A stretch of 63,155 nucleotides of DNA, counting the filler. It is 5 parts of 5 records of this genome, joined end to end, with 100 filler letters (N's around TTAATTAATTAA, not from the genome) between each part and the next. Parts side by side here need not be neighbours in the genome. Positions count along the whole stretch, not along the records: positions 47,556 to 60,011 come from SRR20825010_4029; positions 60,112 to 63,155 come from SRR20825010_4037; 3 more parts are not named here. One strand, written 5' to 3'. The position numbers were made by a program, and so were the translations under genes. A model generated the notes under the pieces. That model was not told the DNA's origin. It made no database searches and was given only the letters and a program-made list of their open reading frames with translations. Shown here in pieces: positions 51,467 through 61,754 of this stretch; positions within the stretch are counted from its first letter, which is position 1; each line of letters begins with the position of its first letter.

Positions 51467-52252
51467 CTAGCTTGCCGGAATGGCTGCGCGTGCGCGCGGC
51501 CCGTGAAAATAGGATCGTATCCAGGGATGCTGACTGGCCAGCATGTCATCCATTGTGCCTGTCAGAATAACATGCTGCTCGGCCAGCACCGCTATCCGGT
51601 CACAACTTGCATGAAGTGAATCAAGATCATGCGTGACCATGAATACAGTGAGGCCCAAAGTGTTCTTGAGGTCATTGATCAATTCGTCAAAGGCCGCGGC
51701 CCCAATGGGGTCGAGACCTGCTGTCGGTTCGTCTAAAAACAGAATTTCGGGGTCTTGTGCAAGCGCACGGGCAAGCCCTGCCCGCTTCTTCATGCCGCCG
51801 GATAATTCAGACGGATAAAGCTTACAAGCCTCGGCACGCAAGCCGACCATGGCAATCTTGACACCTGCCAGCTCGTCCATAAGAGCCTGCCCCATATGGA
51901 GATGCTCGCGATAAGGCACTTGAATATTCTCGGCCACCGTGAGCGAGGAAAACAAAGCGCCATCCTGAAACAGAACTCCCCAGCGGCGCTCCTGAATGCG
52001 GCGCTCCTCATCATTCAATGTTTCCAAGTCAGTGCCGAAAACCTTGATACGCCCGGCATCAGGTTTCTTCAGGCCGAGAATAGTGCGCAACAGAACCGAT
52101 TTGCCTGTACCCGAACCACCGACAATTCCGATGACCTCGCCGCGACGGACCTGAAGGTCCAGCCCGTCATGAATGACGTGATCGCCAAAAGCCGTGCGCA
52201 AACCCTGCACGTCAATAATGACTTCGCCCTGTTTGATTTCTGTGCCTGCCAT
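51467..52252 (-). CDS. MlaF-like ABC ATPase
   Basis: GGSGTGKS, LFQDGALFSSL, LSGGMKKR, DEPTAGLDP. Confidence 0.93.
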   Translation of the reverse strand: MAGTEIKQGEVIIDVQGLRTAFGDHVIHDGLDLQVRRGEVIGIVGGSGTGKSVLLRTILGLKKPDAGRIKVFGTDLETLNDEERRIQERRWGVLFQDGALFSSLTVAENIQVPYREHLHMGQALMDELAGVKIAMVGLRAEACKLYPSELSGGMKKRAGLARALAQDPEILFLDEPTAGLDPIGAAAFDELINDLKNTLGLTVFMVTHDLDSLHASCDRIAVLAEQHVILTGTMDDMLASQHPWIRSYFHGPRARAAIPAS

Positions 52253-52253
52253 G

Positions 52254-53387
52254 TCAGATCCCTACCGCCGTAAAGAACATGGCAAACAAAGCATCGAGGA
52301 TGATGACGAGAAAAATGGACATGACCACAGATCGCGTGGTCTGCATGCCGACCGACTCCGCGCTGCCTGTGACATCAAGACCGGCGCGGCAGCCAACCAG
52401 CGCAATGGCAAGCGCCATAGCTGGCGCTTTGATGAGGCCGACACCAAAGGTCCAGAAGACGGCACTGTCCCGCAAGCGGCTAATATAGACATCGGGCGAA
52501 ATGCCAAGCTGCAACATGGAGACAACTCCACCACCGATGAGGCCCATAATATCGGCAACAAAGGTGAGCATGGGCAGAACAATGACCAGCGCCAACACCC
52601 GCGGCACGATCAGCATTTGCATGGGATCAAGCCCCAGCGTGCGCATGGCGTCGATTTCTTCGCGCATTTTCATAGAGCCGATTTCGGCGGTGAAGGCACT
52701 GCCCGACCGGCCTGCGACAATGATGGCAGTGAGAAGCAGACCGACCTCGCGCAAGAAGATGATGGTGACGAGATTGACGGTGTAAATATCCGCGCCGAAT
52801 TGTTTGAGCTGACTGGCCCCCTGCTGGGCAATGACTGCCCCGATGAGAAAGGTGAGCAGACAGATAAGCGGCAAGGCATCGAAGCCTGCCCGTTCCATAT
52901 GATGCACCAACGGCACCAAACGCAGACGGGAAGGATGGACGACCACCTCGCCGATTGAGCGCATGACCGCACCAAGAAATTCGAGCATGACGAGGCAGGC
53001 CCGCACGAAAGCGGTGATGCCCATGCCGATGCGCTCCAGAACATCGATAAAGGCGGTGGGCCGATCAATATGGGCGACAGGCGGACTTTCGAGATTATGC
53101 ACCTTGTCGATCAGCGTGCGATGGGCGGATTGCAGCCCCTCCAATCCCACAGCAAGGCCATTGGCCTCGAACTCGCGCATAAGGCGGTCAAGGACAAAGG
53201 CTCCGGCCGTGTCGAGCCGCGTCAGCTCGGACAGATCAACCACAGCCTTGCGCGCATCGCCGGTTTTGGAGGAAAGACGACGCAAATCGGCGTCGATGCG
53301 CGAGACGCAGGCAATCGACCAATCTCCCGTTGCATAAAACTGCAATTTTGCGTCCTGCAACTCAAATCTGTATGTCGCGTCAGTCAA
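52254..53387 (-). CDS. STAS-MlaE fusion ABC permease
   Basis: N-terminal STAS (LDTAG); LREVG, AGRSGSAFTAEIGSMK, TTRSVV. Confidence 0.92.
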   Translation of the reverse strand: MTDATYRFELQDAKLQFYATGDWSIACVSRIDADLRRLSSKTGDARKAVVDLSELTRLDTAGAFVLDRLMREFEANGLAVGLEGLQSAHRTLIDKVHNLESPPVAHIDRPTAFIDVLERIGMGITAFVRACLVMLEFLGAVMRSIGEVVVHPSRLRLVPLVHHMERAGFDALPLICLLTFLIGAVIAQQGASQLKQFGADIYTVNLVTIIFLREVGLLLTAIIVAGRSGSAFTAEIGSMKMREEIDAMRTLGLDPMQMLIVPRVLALVIVLPMLTFVADIMGLIGGGVVSMLQLGISPDVYISRLRDSAVFWTFGVGLIKAPAMALAIALVGCRAGLDVTGSAESVGMQTTRSVVMSIFLVIILDALFAMFFTAVGI

Positions 53388-53569
53388 ACAGGTCCCCCTG
53401 ACCGGCCTGCAGGCTTGCAGGAAACACCATTCCGCGCCAGTTTGACACGGCGCAAGGATGGTTTATGCGGCGTAGTCTAGCCTCGCAAAGCATTGAAAAG
53501 CCAGTCACAGGCAACAATGTCAACTACGCAGCAAATGAAATTTGCGTTTAGAAATAAAGGGAACAGTTC

Positions 53570-53980
53570 ATGAAATCGATGCTGAATGGTTTGGGCATTC
53601 TTGCCGTTGCACTCACACTGTCCGGCGCGGCCATGGCCAGCGACGTAGAACATGGCGATGCAACACGCGGCGCCAAGGTTTTCAAGAAATGCCAAGCCTG
53701 CCACACGGTTGAGGAAGGCGGCCCCAACCGCGTCGGCCCCAACCTTTACGGCTTCATGAACCGTGGCGTCGCAGCCAAGGAAGACTATAACTATTCCAAG
53801 GGCATGAAGGAATTTGCAGCCAGCGGCGCAAAATGGACAGAGGAAACCCTGTTCCAGTATCTCGAAAAGCCCCGCGCCCTCGTGCCCGGCACCAACATGT
53901 CCTTTGCCGGTCTGAAGAAGGAACAGGACCGCAACGACCTGCTGGCCTATCTGGAAGAAGCCACCGGCTTCAAGAAATAA
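53570..53980 (+). CDS. Class I cytochrome c (c2-like)
   Basis: Signal peptide, CQACH heme motif, GPNL, PGTNM. Confidence 0.95.
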   Translation: MKSMLNGLGILAVALTLSGAAMASDVEHGDATRGAKVFKKCQACHTVEEGGPNRVGPNLYGFMNRGVAAKEDYNYSKGMKEFAASGAKWTEETLFQYLEKPRALVPGTNMSFAGLKKEQDRNDLLAYLEEATGFKK

Positions 53981-54033
53981 TCCGGAAAATGAAGAGCGCA
54001 GGCCCCGGCGCCGCGCGATCCGCCTTACGAATG

Positions 54034-54064
54034 AAACGCTCCGGACCGGCTCCGGGGCGTTTTT
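54034..54064 (+). terminator. Intrinsic terminator after cytochrome c
   Basis: AAACGCTCCGGA..TCCGGGGCGTTTTT. Confidence 0.65.
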
Positions 54065-54219
54065 CTTTGCAGTCGCCCGCTCCATCGCATCTGGTCCGAT
54101 AGATGCAGCTTACGTTTATATGGAACCTGCTAGTGTCCCCAAATCGGACATTATCGGGGAAAGCGTAAGATTTTAGAGCATTGGTGGCCTGTTTCCGAAC
54201 AGGCATGGGCAAGAACAGA

Positions 54220-56481
54220 ATGAATTCGACACCCGTTTTTCGCAGACTAGCCGCTATTCTCCCCGGACTTGTTCTGGTGTTGGGACTTGTCATGTCCATT
54301 TATGACATTCGCGGACTGACAACGGCCCTGCAGGATCAGGTGTTCGACATCTATCAACGCATTGAGCCGCGCGCCGCCGCGCAAGAAGGCCCGCGCACCG
54401 TCTATATCGATATCGGAACAGCAAGCGCGGAACAGTTCGGTGCCTGGCCCTGGCCGCGCAAACGGCTGATCGACCTCATCGAAGCCGTTAAGGATGCGGG
54501 CGCGAGCACGATCCTGCTCGATATGCCGCTTGGGGAAACAGATCCGACCGCGCAGGCCGAATTGCTGAAACTATGGGGGTCGCTCGACCACATACCTTCG
54601 GCTTACGGATTACAGCTCGGCCTTTCCGAACTGCCCGATTACGACATGAAGCTCGCAACCTTGCTGGCGGCCAACCCGACGGTCACGTCCTTTGTGCCCG
54701 GCAAGCCTGCTATCGGCCAATTGCGCGACCCGAGCACAAAAGCCTCGATCACAGCCGAGGGCAGCGACGCGCGCCACTTCCTCAAAAGCTACAAAACATG
54801 GCGGGCCAGCATGCCCGGCCTTGAATCCGCTGCACGCGGCAATGGCGCCACCCTGTCGGATGCCAAGAGCGAAGACACAGTGCGCAACCTGCCGCTGCTC
54901 GCAAACCTCAATGGCGAACTCTATCCCTCCAATATTTTGGAAACGCTGCGCGTCTATCGCGCGGGCGGCGCATATAGCGCCTATGTGGACCAGCCCGAAA
55001 ACGGCTTTGCCATCTGGATGGAACCGGGCGTCAGCCGCATCACGATTGCCGAGACCGAACTCTCCGCGCTGACACAAGAAGACGGATCATTGCGGCTCTA
55101 TTTCGGTGGTCCCGAAACACGCTTATCCGTGTCGGCTGCCGACATCATGAACCAGAAGGCAGAGATTCCTTCGCTGGAAGGCCGCATCGCCGTGATCGGT
55201 GTGTCAGCCAATGGCTCGGAACGTTATCTCAATACGCCGATGGGCGTGCAAATGCCTTCGGGGGCAATTGCCGCCAATGCCATAGACCAGATCCTGCAGG
55301 GCAGCTTCCTTGTCACACCGGGCTGGGCCCATCTGGCCGAACAGCTTTTCATCTTTGTCGGCGGTATCCTCGTGATCCTGATTGTGGGGCGCTATCGCTT
55401 CCGCTGGAGCATCCTGTTCACACTCACCCTGATCGGTGGTGCGGCCTATGGCTCGTGGTGGTCCTATGACACACATCGCTGGTTGGTGGACCCTGCCCTT
55501 GGCTCGGTGACCCTGCTGATTGCCAGTTTCACCTGTGCTCTGATGCGTCGCCTGCACACCGAAGAACGCACACGCTTTATCGATGGCCAGTTTGCCCGTC
55601 GCCTGTCGGCACGCGGCCTTGCCAAAATGCATGCCCGCCCGAACCTCATTCAAGCCGAAGGCGCGCTGCGTCCTATCTCGTCACTGGTTGTGGGCTTACG
55701 CGGTTTCAATGTGATTTCCGACCGCTACCTTGAAGACCCTGTCGCCTATGCCGACATTCTCAACCGCTTCTTCTCGCCCATGACAAAGCTGGTGCAGGAC
55801 CGCAACGGCATGGTGGACCGCACTGTGGGCGACACGATGTATGCCGTGTTCAACGCGCCTTTCGATGTGTCCGACCATGCCTCCAAAGCATGTGACGCAG
55901 CATTGCGCATGGTCGAAAATCTGGAAGCGCTGAACGAATTTCTCGAAACAGACGCTCTGCGCCAGCACCTCAGCCATGTGCCGCTGAGCCTCAGCATCGG
56001 CATCGACAGCGGCATGGCGATCACCGGCAATATGGGTGCGATCCTGCGCTTCGACTATGGCGTATTAGGCGAGCCTGTGAGCTTTGGTGCCTATCTGCAA
56101 AAAAACGCGCGCAACTATGGCCCTGCCATCATTGTGGGCGAAGGCACGCAGCGTATTATCGGCGACCGCTACGCGTTGCTGGAAATCGACCTGATCTCCA
56201 CACCGCGCCATCCCGAAGGCCGCCGTGTCTATGCTTTGCTGGGCGATCCGATCATGCGCGCCAATCCAAAATTCCGCGCCTTGCAGGAAGCCCATGCACT
56301 GATCTTTGCTGCCTATCGCAAACAGCGCTGGGCCGATGCACGCGCAGCCATCACCGAATGCCGCAAACTCAATGGCGCCATCCCTACGCTTTACGATTTC
56401 TATGAAGCGCGGATCGACCAGTATGAGGCCGCATCGCCCGGTGAGCACTGGAACGGTTCGTGGTTCGCAGGCCGCATCTGA
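54220..56481 (+). CDS. CHASE2-domain class III nucleotidyl cyclase homolog (degenerate active site)
   Basis: TM-CHASE2 (GAWPWPR)-3TM-cyclase (LRGF, VGD, GIDSG..ITGNMG..RFDY)-TPR-like tail. Confidence 0.88.
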   Translation: MNSTPVFRRLAAILPGLVLVLGLVMSIYDIRGLTTALQDQVFDIYQRIEPRAAAQEGPRTVYIDIGTASAEQFGAWPWPRKRLIDLIEAVKDAGASTILLDMPLGETDPTAQAELLKLWGSLDHIPSAYGLQLGLSELPDYDMKLATLLAANPTVTSFVPGKPAIGQLRDPSTKASITAEGSDARHFLKSYKTWRASMPGLESAARGNGATLSDAKSEDTVRNLPLLANLNGELYPSNILETLRVYRAGGAYSAYVDQPENGFAIWMEPGVSRITIAETELSALTQEDGSLRLYFGGPETRLSVSAADIMNQKAEIPSLEGRIAVIGVSANGSERYLNTPMGVQMPSGAIAANAIDQILQGSFLVTPGWAHLAEQLFIFVGGILVILIVGRYRFRWSILFTLTLIGGAAYGSWWSYDTHRWLVDPALGSVTLLIASFTCALMRRLHTEERTRFIDGQFARRLSARGLAKMHARPNLIQAEGALRPISSLVVGLRGFNVISDRYLEDPVAYADILNRFFSPMTKLVQDRNGMVDRTVGDTMYAVFNAPFDVSDHASKACDAALRMVENLEALNEFLETDALRQHLSHVPLSLSIGIDSGMAITGNMGAILRFDYGVLGEPVSFGAYLQKNARNYGPAIIVGEGTQRIIGDRYALLEIDLISTPRHPEGRRVYALLGDPIMRANPKFRALQEAHALIFAAYRKQRWADARAAITECRKLNGAIPTLYDFYEARIDQYEAASPGEHWNGSWFAGRI

Positions 56482-56662
56482 TCCGACCAAGCAAACCGTG
56501 CCATCCCAGCACAGTCGTCGCCTGATTTGTGACGCATCGGGCAGATTTAATGCATGACTTAATGCACGGCCTTATCTATTTGAGCCGCACCTGATAGAAA
56601 CACCGCTTTCCGCTTGGCCTGTTCAATAACCCACGTCATCATGCGGCAAGTTGTTGTGAGGC

Positions 56663-57655
56663 ATGCTCCAGATGCGCGACATTTCCATTGAAATCGAAGC
56701 TTGGCCTATCGCCGGTGCCTTCACGATTTCACGCGGCTCCAAAACGCAAGCCGATGTCATCACCGTCACTATCCGTGATGGTGATCATGTGGGGCGTGGC
56801 GAATGTGTGCCCTATGGCCGCTATGGCGAAACGCTGAAGGATGTCGCCGCCTCCATAAAGAATATTGGCAAGGCCCTCGCCGACGGCATGACACGCGAGG
56901 AATTGCAGCGCGCCATGACGCGCGGCGCTGGCCGCAACGCCGTGGACTGTGCGCTATGGGACCTTGAAGCCAAACAGGCCGGACGGCCGGCATGGGAACT
57001 GGCCGGCCTGCATGCCCCCACACAACGCGCAACCGCCTATACGCTGAGCCTCGACACGCCCGACGCGATGAAAGCAATGGCCGCAAAAAATGCAAACCGG
57101 CCTTTGCTGAAACTGAAACTGGGCGGCAGCGACGAGGATATTGCACGCGTCGCCGCTGTGCGCGAGGGCGCACCCAATGCCGCATTGATTGTGGATGCCA
57201 ATGAAGGCTGGCAACCAGATACCGTATTGCCGATGGCGCATGAACTGGCCCGCTTCGGCGTGGCGCTGATCGAACAGCCCTTGCCCGCCAAAGACGACGA
57301 GACCCTGCGCGGACTGGAAACGCCTATCCCCTTTTGCGCTGATGAAAGCGCACACGGGCTGGAAGGCATGACGCGGCTTGTTGGACTCTATGATTACATC
57401 AACATAAAGCTCGACAAGACCGGCGGTCTGACCGAAGCGCTTAGTGTTGTGCGCTGCGCGAAACGGCGGAACCTTAAAATCATGGTCGGCTGCATGGTGG
57501 CAACATCATTGGCCATGGCGCCTGCCATGCTGATCGCGCAGGATGCCGAATTTGTCGATCTCGACGGGCCGCTGCTTCTGTCCAAGGACAGACCAAACGG
57601 CATCACCTATGAAGGCAGCATGATGATGCCGCCTTCACAGGGATTGTGGGGGTAA
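56663..57655 (+). CDS. dgcA: Enolase-superfamily epimerase (DgcA / L-Ala-D/L-Glu epimerase type)
   Basis: FTISRGSK, KLKLG, VDANEGW, EQP, ADES, KLDKTGG, GCM, DLDG. Confidence 0.8.
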   Translation: MLQMRDISIEIEAWPIAGAFTISRGSKTQADVITVTIRDGDHVGRGECVPYGRYGETLKDVAASIKNIGKALADGMTREELQRAMTRGAGRNAVDCALWDLEAKQAGRPAWELAGLHAPTQRATAYTLSLDTPDAMKAMAAKNANRPLLKLKLGGSDEDIARVAAVREGAPNAALIVDANEGWQPDTVLPMAHELARFGVALIEQPLPAKDDETLRGLETPIPFCADESAHGLEGMTRLVGLYDYINIKLDKTGGLTEALSVVRCAKRRNLKIMVGCMVATSLAMAPAMLIAQDAEFVDLDGPLLLSKDRPNGITYEGSMMMPPSQGLWG

Positions 57656-57667
57656 GAGCTTCAGCCC

Positions 57668-58669
57668 TTACGCGATATTCAGAACAATCTTGCCGAAATG
57701 CGAGGCGCCAGCCATCAGCGTGAACGCCTCCTGCGCCTCTTCAAGCTTGAAGCGCTTGTCGATGACAGGATGGATGTCGTTTTGCTCGATGGCACGTACC
57801 ATATCCTCGACCATCTCACGGCTGCCGACCGTGACGCCGGAAATCTTGACGTTCTGCGAGAAGATGGCAGCGACATTGAGATCCTTCGTCATGCCTGACA
57901 GCAAACCGATCACCGCAATATGGCCGCCAAGACGCACTGCCATAATCGACTGCGGGAATGTGTCTGCACCACCCACTTCGATGACATGATCCACACCGCG
58001 ACCACCGGTGAGCTTGCGGGCTTCGGTCGCCCAGTCCGGTGTCTTTTTGTAGTTGATGAACATGTCGGCACCGAGCGCCTTGGCACGTTCGAGCTTTTCA
58101 TCTGACGAAGACGTCACGATCACACGAGCGCCCGCGGCCTTGGCAAATTGCAGCGCGAAGATCGAGACGCCGCCCGTGCCCTGCACCAGCACGGTGTCAC
58201 CCGCCTTAAGCTTGCCTTCGACCATGAGGCCGCGCCATGCCGTGAGGCCTGCGCATGGCAGGCAGGCCGCTTCCTCGTCGCTGAGATTTTTTGGCGACAG
58301 TGAAACACCTTCGGCAGCGACTTTCAGATAATCGGAGGCGCAACCATCATAGGGACTGCCCAGCGCGGCGAGTTTTTCGACCGTGGGCGCACCGGACACC
58401 CAATGTGGGAAGAACGGCGACAACACGCGATCACCCACCTTGAAGCGTGTGACGCCTGCGCCGACTTCGGCAATCTCCCCCGCACCATCGCTGAGAGGCA
58501 CAAAGGGAAACTTGCCGCCCATATAGGATACCGTTGCCAGGTCGCGATAATTGAGAGAGGCGGCCTTGAGACGGATGACAACCTCACCCGGCCCAGCTTT
58601 AGGAACCTCGCGCTCCACAAGCTTCAGATTTTCAATACCGACAGCGTTCTGTAGTTCCAATGCACGCAT
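57668..58669 (-). CDS. NAD(P)-dependent MDR-family alcohol dehydrogenase/quinone reductase
   Basis: SLNYRD, PLSDGAG, LPCAGLTAW, QGTGGVS, HFGKIV. Confidence 0.9.
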   Translation of the reverse strand: MRALELQNAVGIENLKLVEREVPKAGPGEVVIRLKAASLNYRDLATVSYMGGKFPFVPLSDGAGEIAEVGAGVTRFKVGDRVLSPFFPHWVSGAPTVEKLAALGSPYDGCASDYLKVAAEGVSLSPKNLSDEEAACLPCAGLTAWRGLMVEGKLKAGDTVLVQGTGGVSIFALQFAKAAGARVIVTSSSDEKLERAKALGADMFINYKKTPDWATEARKLTGGRGVDHVIEVGGADTFPQSIMAVRLGGHIAVIGLLSGMTKDLNVAAIFSQNVKISGVTVGSREMVEDMVRAIEQNDIHPVIDKRFKLEEAQEAFTLMAGASHFGKIVLNIA

Positions 58670-58774
58670 AGAAACCTCCCGAATTTGAATTTTGTTGGCG
58701 CCAGTACGGCGCGACAAAAGACGAATGTCAAATAGCAGAAAGTTGACGTTGGGGAGACGTGGCGGCAACCAAGT

Positions 58775-59632
58775 TCACTTCGGCTGGTCGCCCTTGATCT
58801 GAGTACGATGCATGACACGGCGCTCATCACCATTGAACGCATCGCGGCGATGGATCGTGCAACGATTATCCCAAATCAGCAGATCGCCCACGCGCCAAGT
58901 ATGCGTCCATGTGAATTCCGGCTTGGTGCAATGCGCCCAGAGCGCGTCCAGCAATGCTTCACTTGCATCAATATCCATGCCCTGCACATAGCCATTCATA
59001 CGACGCCCCAGATAGAGCGTCTTGCCGCCTGTCGCGGGATGTGTGCGGATGATGGGATGCTTTGTGCCCGGCGCCTTGCGCACATCGACCACCTCGCCTG
59101 CACCGGCCCGCAATTCACCGACACTGGTCATCGAGCTGTCGTGATTACAAATGCGTCCTTCGATCTGGCGACGCAACTCGTCCGGCATGGTTTCAAGCGC
59201 CTTATACATATTGCCGAAGCTGGTATTGCCACCTGCCTTGGGAATTTCCAGCGAATGCAGCACACTGGCCATGGGCGGCTTTGCAACATAGGACATGTCG
59301 GTGTGCCACTCGGCCTCCTTGTCACCCAGAGCGCCGATGGGTTTGCCGTTCTCGACAACGTTGGAAATAATCCAGATTTCGGGACGCGATTTTTCCTGTG
59401 CGCCAGCCATGTCAGTGGCACTGGCAGGTGCGATATCGAGTTCACCGAAATTCTTTGAAAACTGGATCAACTGGTCATCGTCGAGCGACTGACCGCGAAA
59501 CAGCAAAACCGAGTGGTCGTACCAAGCCTGCTGCACGGCATCGAAAATCTCGTGCGACAAAGGCGAAGTCAGATCCAGCCCGCGCACCTCAGCACCCAGG
59601 GCCGCTCCCGTTGGTATGACCTCTATCGACAT
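58775..59632 (-). CDS. TauD/TfdA dioxygenase
   Basis: WHTDMSY, HPIIRTHP, IWDNRCTIHRR. Confidence 0.92.
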   Translation of the reverse strand: MSIEVIPTGAALGAEVRGLDLTSPLSHEIFDAVQQAWYDHSVLLFRGQSLDDDQLIQFSKNFGELDIAPASATDMAGAQEKSRPEIWIISNVVENGKPIGALGDKEAEWHTDMSYVAKPPMASVLHSLEIPKAGGNTSFGNMYKALETMPDELRRQIEGRICNHDSSMTSVGELRAGAGEVVDVRKAPGTKHPIIRTHPATGGKTLYLGRRMNGYVQGMDIDASEALLDALWAHCTKPEFTWTHTWRVGDLLIWDNRCTIHRRDAFNGDERRVMHRTQIKGDQPK

Positions 59633-60011
59633 CGTCTTCATCCTCGTTCTCGTCGCGCAACAATTCGCCGCCACTCCAGCGTCCGGCCAGCGCCGCACAT
59701 CCTAGAAGCGCAACAAGGCCCGCGCCAGCAGGCAGCCAATAGGCATGCGCCCCATAGGCTTCATATAACCATCCGGCGGCCAGTGTCATCCCCCCCATGA
59801 TCACACCCGACGAAAGCGCGCCATAAAGGCTCTGCCCAGTCGCGGCCAAACCGCGCGGCGTAGCATTGGTGATGAAATGCATGGCCCCTAGATGCGCCGC
59901 ACAAAAAGTGAGCCCATGCAGCGCCTGAAGCGGAAAAAGCACATAAAGCGGCGGATTGAGCGCCGTCAGCCCCCAGCGCACCACTGCCGCCAACGCCCCC
60001 ACCGCCAGCAA
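59589..60011 (-). CDS. MFS transporter (HcaT-like), C-terminal fragment
   Basis: VRW, LQALHGLTF...HLGAM, GQSLY, GWLY. Confidence 0.8.
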   Translation of the reverse strand: MLAVGALAAVVRWGLTALNPPLYVLFPLQALHGLTFCAAHLGAMHFITNATPRGLAATGQSLYGALSSGVIMGGMTLAAGWLYEAYGAHAYWLPAGAGLVALLGCAALAGRWSGGELLRDENEDEDDVDRGHTNGSGPGC

Positions 60012-60111
60012 NNNNNNNNNNNNNNNNNNNNNNNNNNNNNNNNNNNNNNNNNNNNTTAATTAATTAANNNNNNNNNNNNNNNNNNNNNNNNNNNNNNNNN
60101 NNNNNNNNNNN
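60012..60111. other. Artificial contig spacer
   Basis: N run with TTAATTAATTAA. Confidence 0.98.
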
Positions 60112-60883
60112 CTGGTATTCCGAACAGAACAAATCGTTCCGGTTTGACTGGCGCCCGGAAGTGCATGATTCCGACGGGCTGGAGCTTTGGACCGGTGGCG
60201 GGGAACGTATCTGGCGTCAATTGAACAATCCGGAAGTGATCCGCACATCCGCTTTTTCTGACAGCAATCCACGTGGCTTTGGCCTGATGCAGCGCGACCG
60301 CGAGGTCAGCCATTATCTTGACGGGGTTCGTTATCACCGCCGCCCTAGTCTGTGGGTTGAACCGTTGGAAAACTGGAACAATGGTGCGGTTCAACTTGTT
60401 GAAATTCCGACCGATGACGAAATTCACGACAATATCGCGTCCTTCTGGGTTCCCAACGAACCGGCCAAGGCGGGCAATAGCTATCAGTTCAAATACCGTC
60501 TGTATTGGCAGGCACAAAATCCGTTCCCGGTAACCGACCTTGCCAAAGCCACCGCAACCCGCATGGGCCGTGGCGGGGAACCGGGCACGAACCGCCCAAA
60601 GGACGAGATCAAGTTTTCGGTTGAATTCGAAGGCGACATTCTGGGAACGCTTGAATATGGCGAGTTCCCCGAAGTCATCGCATCAACATCGCGCGGTGAA
60701 ATTGTCAGAACCAAGATCGAACCGATCATGGATACCCGGATCTGGCGGGCGGTGTTTGACCTTAAGGCAACCGGTACCGACCCGGTTGATCTTCGGATGT
60801 ATTTGAAACTTGATGATGCCCCGTTAAGTGAAACCTGGATGTTCCAGCATCTGCCGGGACTTGATAACCAACGCCAAGGTTAA
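60112..60883 (+). CDS. opgD: Periplasmic glucan biosynthesis protein (OpgD/OpgG), 5'-truncated
   Basis: DWRPEVHDSDGL, GFGLMQRDR, RRPSLWVEP, EIPTDDEIHDNI, LSETW. Confidence 0.85.
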
Positions 60884-60912
60884 GCCCTCATTCACGACAA
60901 ACCGAACCATCA

Positions 60913-60944
60913 CGGACCGGCATTCACAAGATGCCGGTCCGTTT
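60913..60944. terminator. Hairpin terminator between convergent genes
   Basis: CGGACCGGCAT..ATGCCGGTCCG-TTT. Confidence 0.7.
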
Positions 60945-60967
60945 GCGTTTCATAACGGTCTGAATGC

Positions 60968-61600
60968 CTAAGCTTTGCGTTCAAGGGCGATGACGGTATC
61001 TGTCACCGTGCCTTTTTCGCCTTTGGGGCCGATTGCCATGCGGTCGATATTATCAACACAAACCCGATTCCAGTCCGATGCATCAAGGTTCAGACTATCG
61101 AACGCTTCTTGAGGAGTGGGATAAACCTTGTCTGGATAGTCCCACGACCAGGACGGGACCGAGCCGTGCGATGCAATCAAAAGCATCCCGCCGGGCAAAA
61201 CCCGGTTTGCCGCCATGTGCAAAATCGCATCGCGTTCAAACACCACGGGGGATTCCAGAAACTGCGCCGTGATCAGATCAAAATTTCCGTCTGGAAAGCC
61301 TGTCATTAAGTCATGGGCGGCAAACGTGATCTTGTCGGCAACGCCATTGCGCGCTGCATTGGCCCGCGCGTAATCCAGTGCCGTTTCGGAAAGATCAATT
61401 GCGGTTACCTGCCAGCCCCGTTTGACCAACCAGACCGCATCATCACCCTTGCCACATCCAAGCTCCAGTGCAGTGCCCGGCGCACGATCTTTGACAAAGC
61501 GTTCTAACACAGCAGATGGCCGCCCACTGGTTTCAGGGGATGCTTTTTCATAATGCTGTTGCCAAAAATCAACCGGGTCCATGTTCGGATCAACCTTCAT
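60968..61600 (-). CDS. Class I SAM-dependent methyltransferase
   Basis: FWQQHY, ALELGCGKGDDAVWL, VTAIDLS, FDLI. Confidence 0.92.
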   Translation of the reverse strand: MKVDPNMDPVDFWQQHYEKASPETSGRPSAVLERFVKDRAPGTALELGCGKGDDAVWLVKRGWQVTAIDLSETALDYARANAARNGVADKITFAAHDLMTGFPDGNFDLITAQFLESPVVFERDAILHMAANRVLPGGMLLIASHGSVPSWSWDYPDKVYPTPQEAFDSLNLDASDWNRVCVDNIDRMAIGPKGEKGTVTDTVIALERKA

Positions 61601-61641
61601 CAGATATCTCTTTCAATTGTGGTGTGAGGTCGCAAAGCGAA

Positions 61642-61710
61642 TCACGTTACATTAAAAGTTACATGATTTAGCATACCTGTCAATTTCATGTATCTTTGGA
61701 TGTTGCATGT
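61642..61710. promoter_or_regulatory. Two 9-7-9 inverted-repeat operators (TCATGTAAC-N7-GTTACATGA), likely Rrf2 sites
   Basis: TCACGTTAC-ATTAAAA-GTTACATGA (61642-61666) and TCATGTATC-TTTGGAT-GTTGCATGT (61686-61710). Confidence 0.6.
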
Positions 61711-61754
61711 GATAGAAATAGCCAGAACTTGAAGCCACAACAGGAGCCTTCCCG

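Noticed and set aside
43108..59632. Two TauD dioxygenases as one sulfur-scavenging cluster
   Set aside because: They lie on different contigs separated by an artificial spacer.
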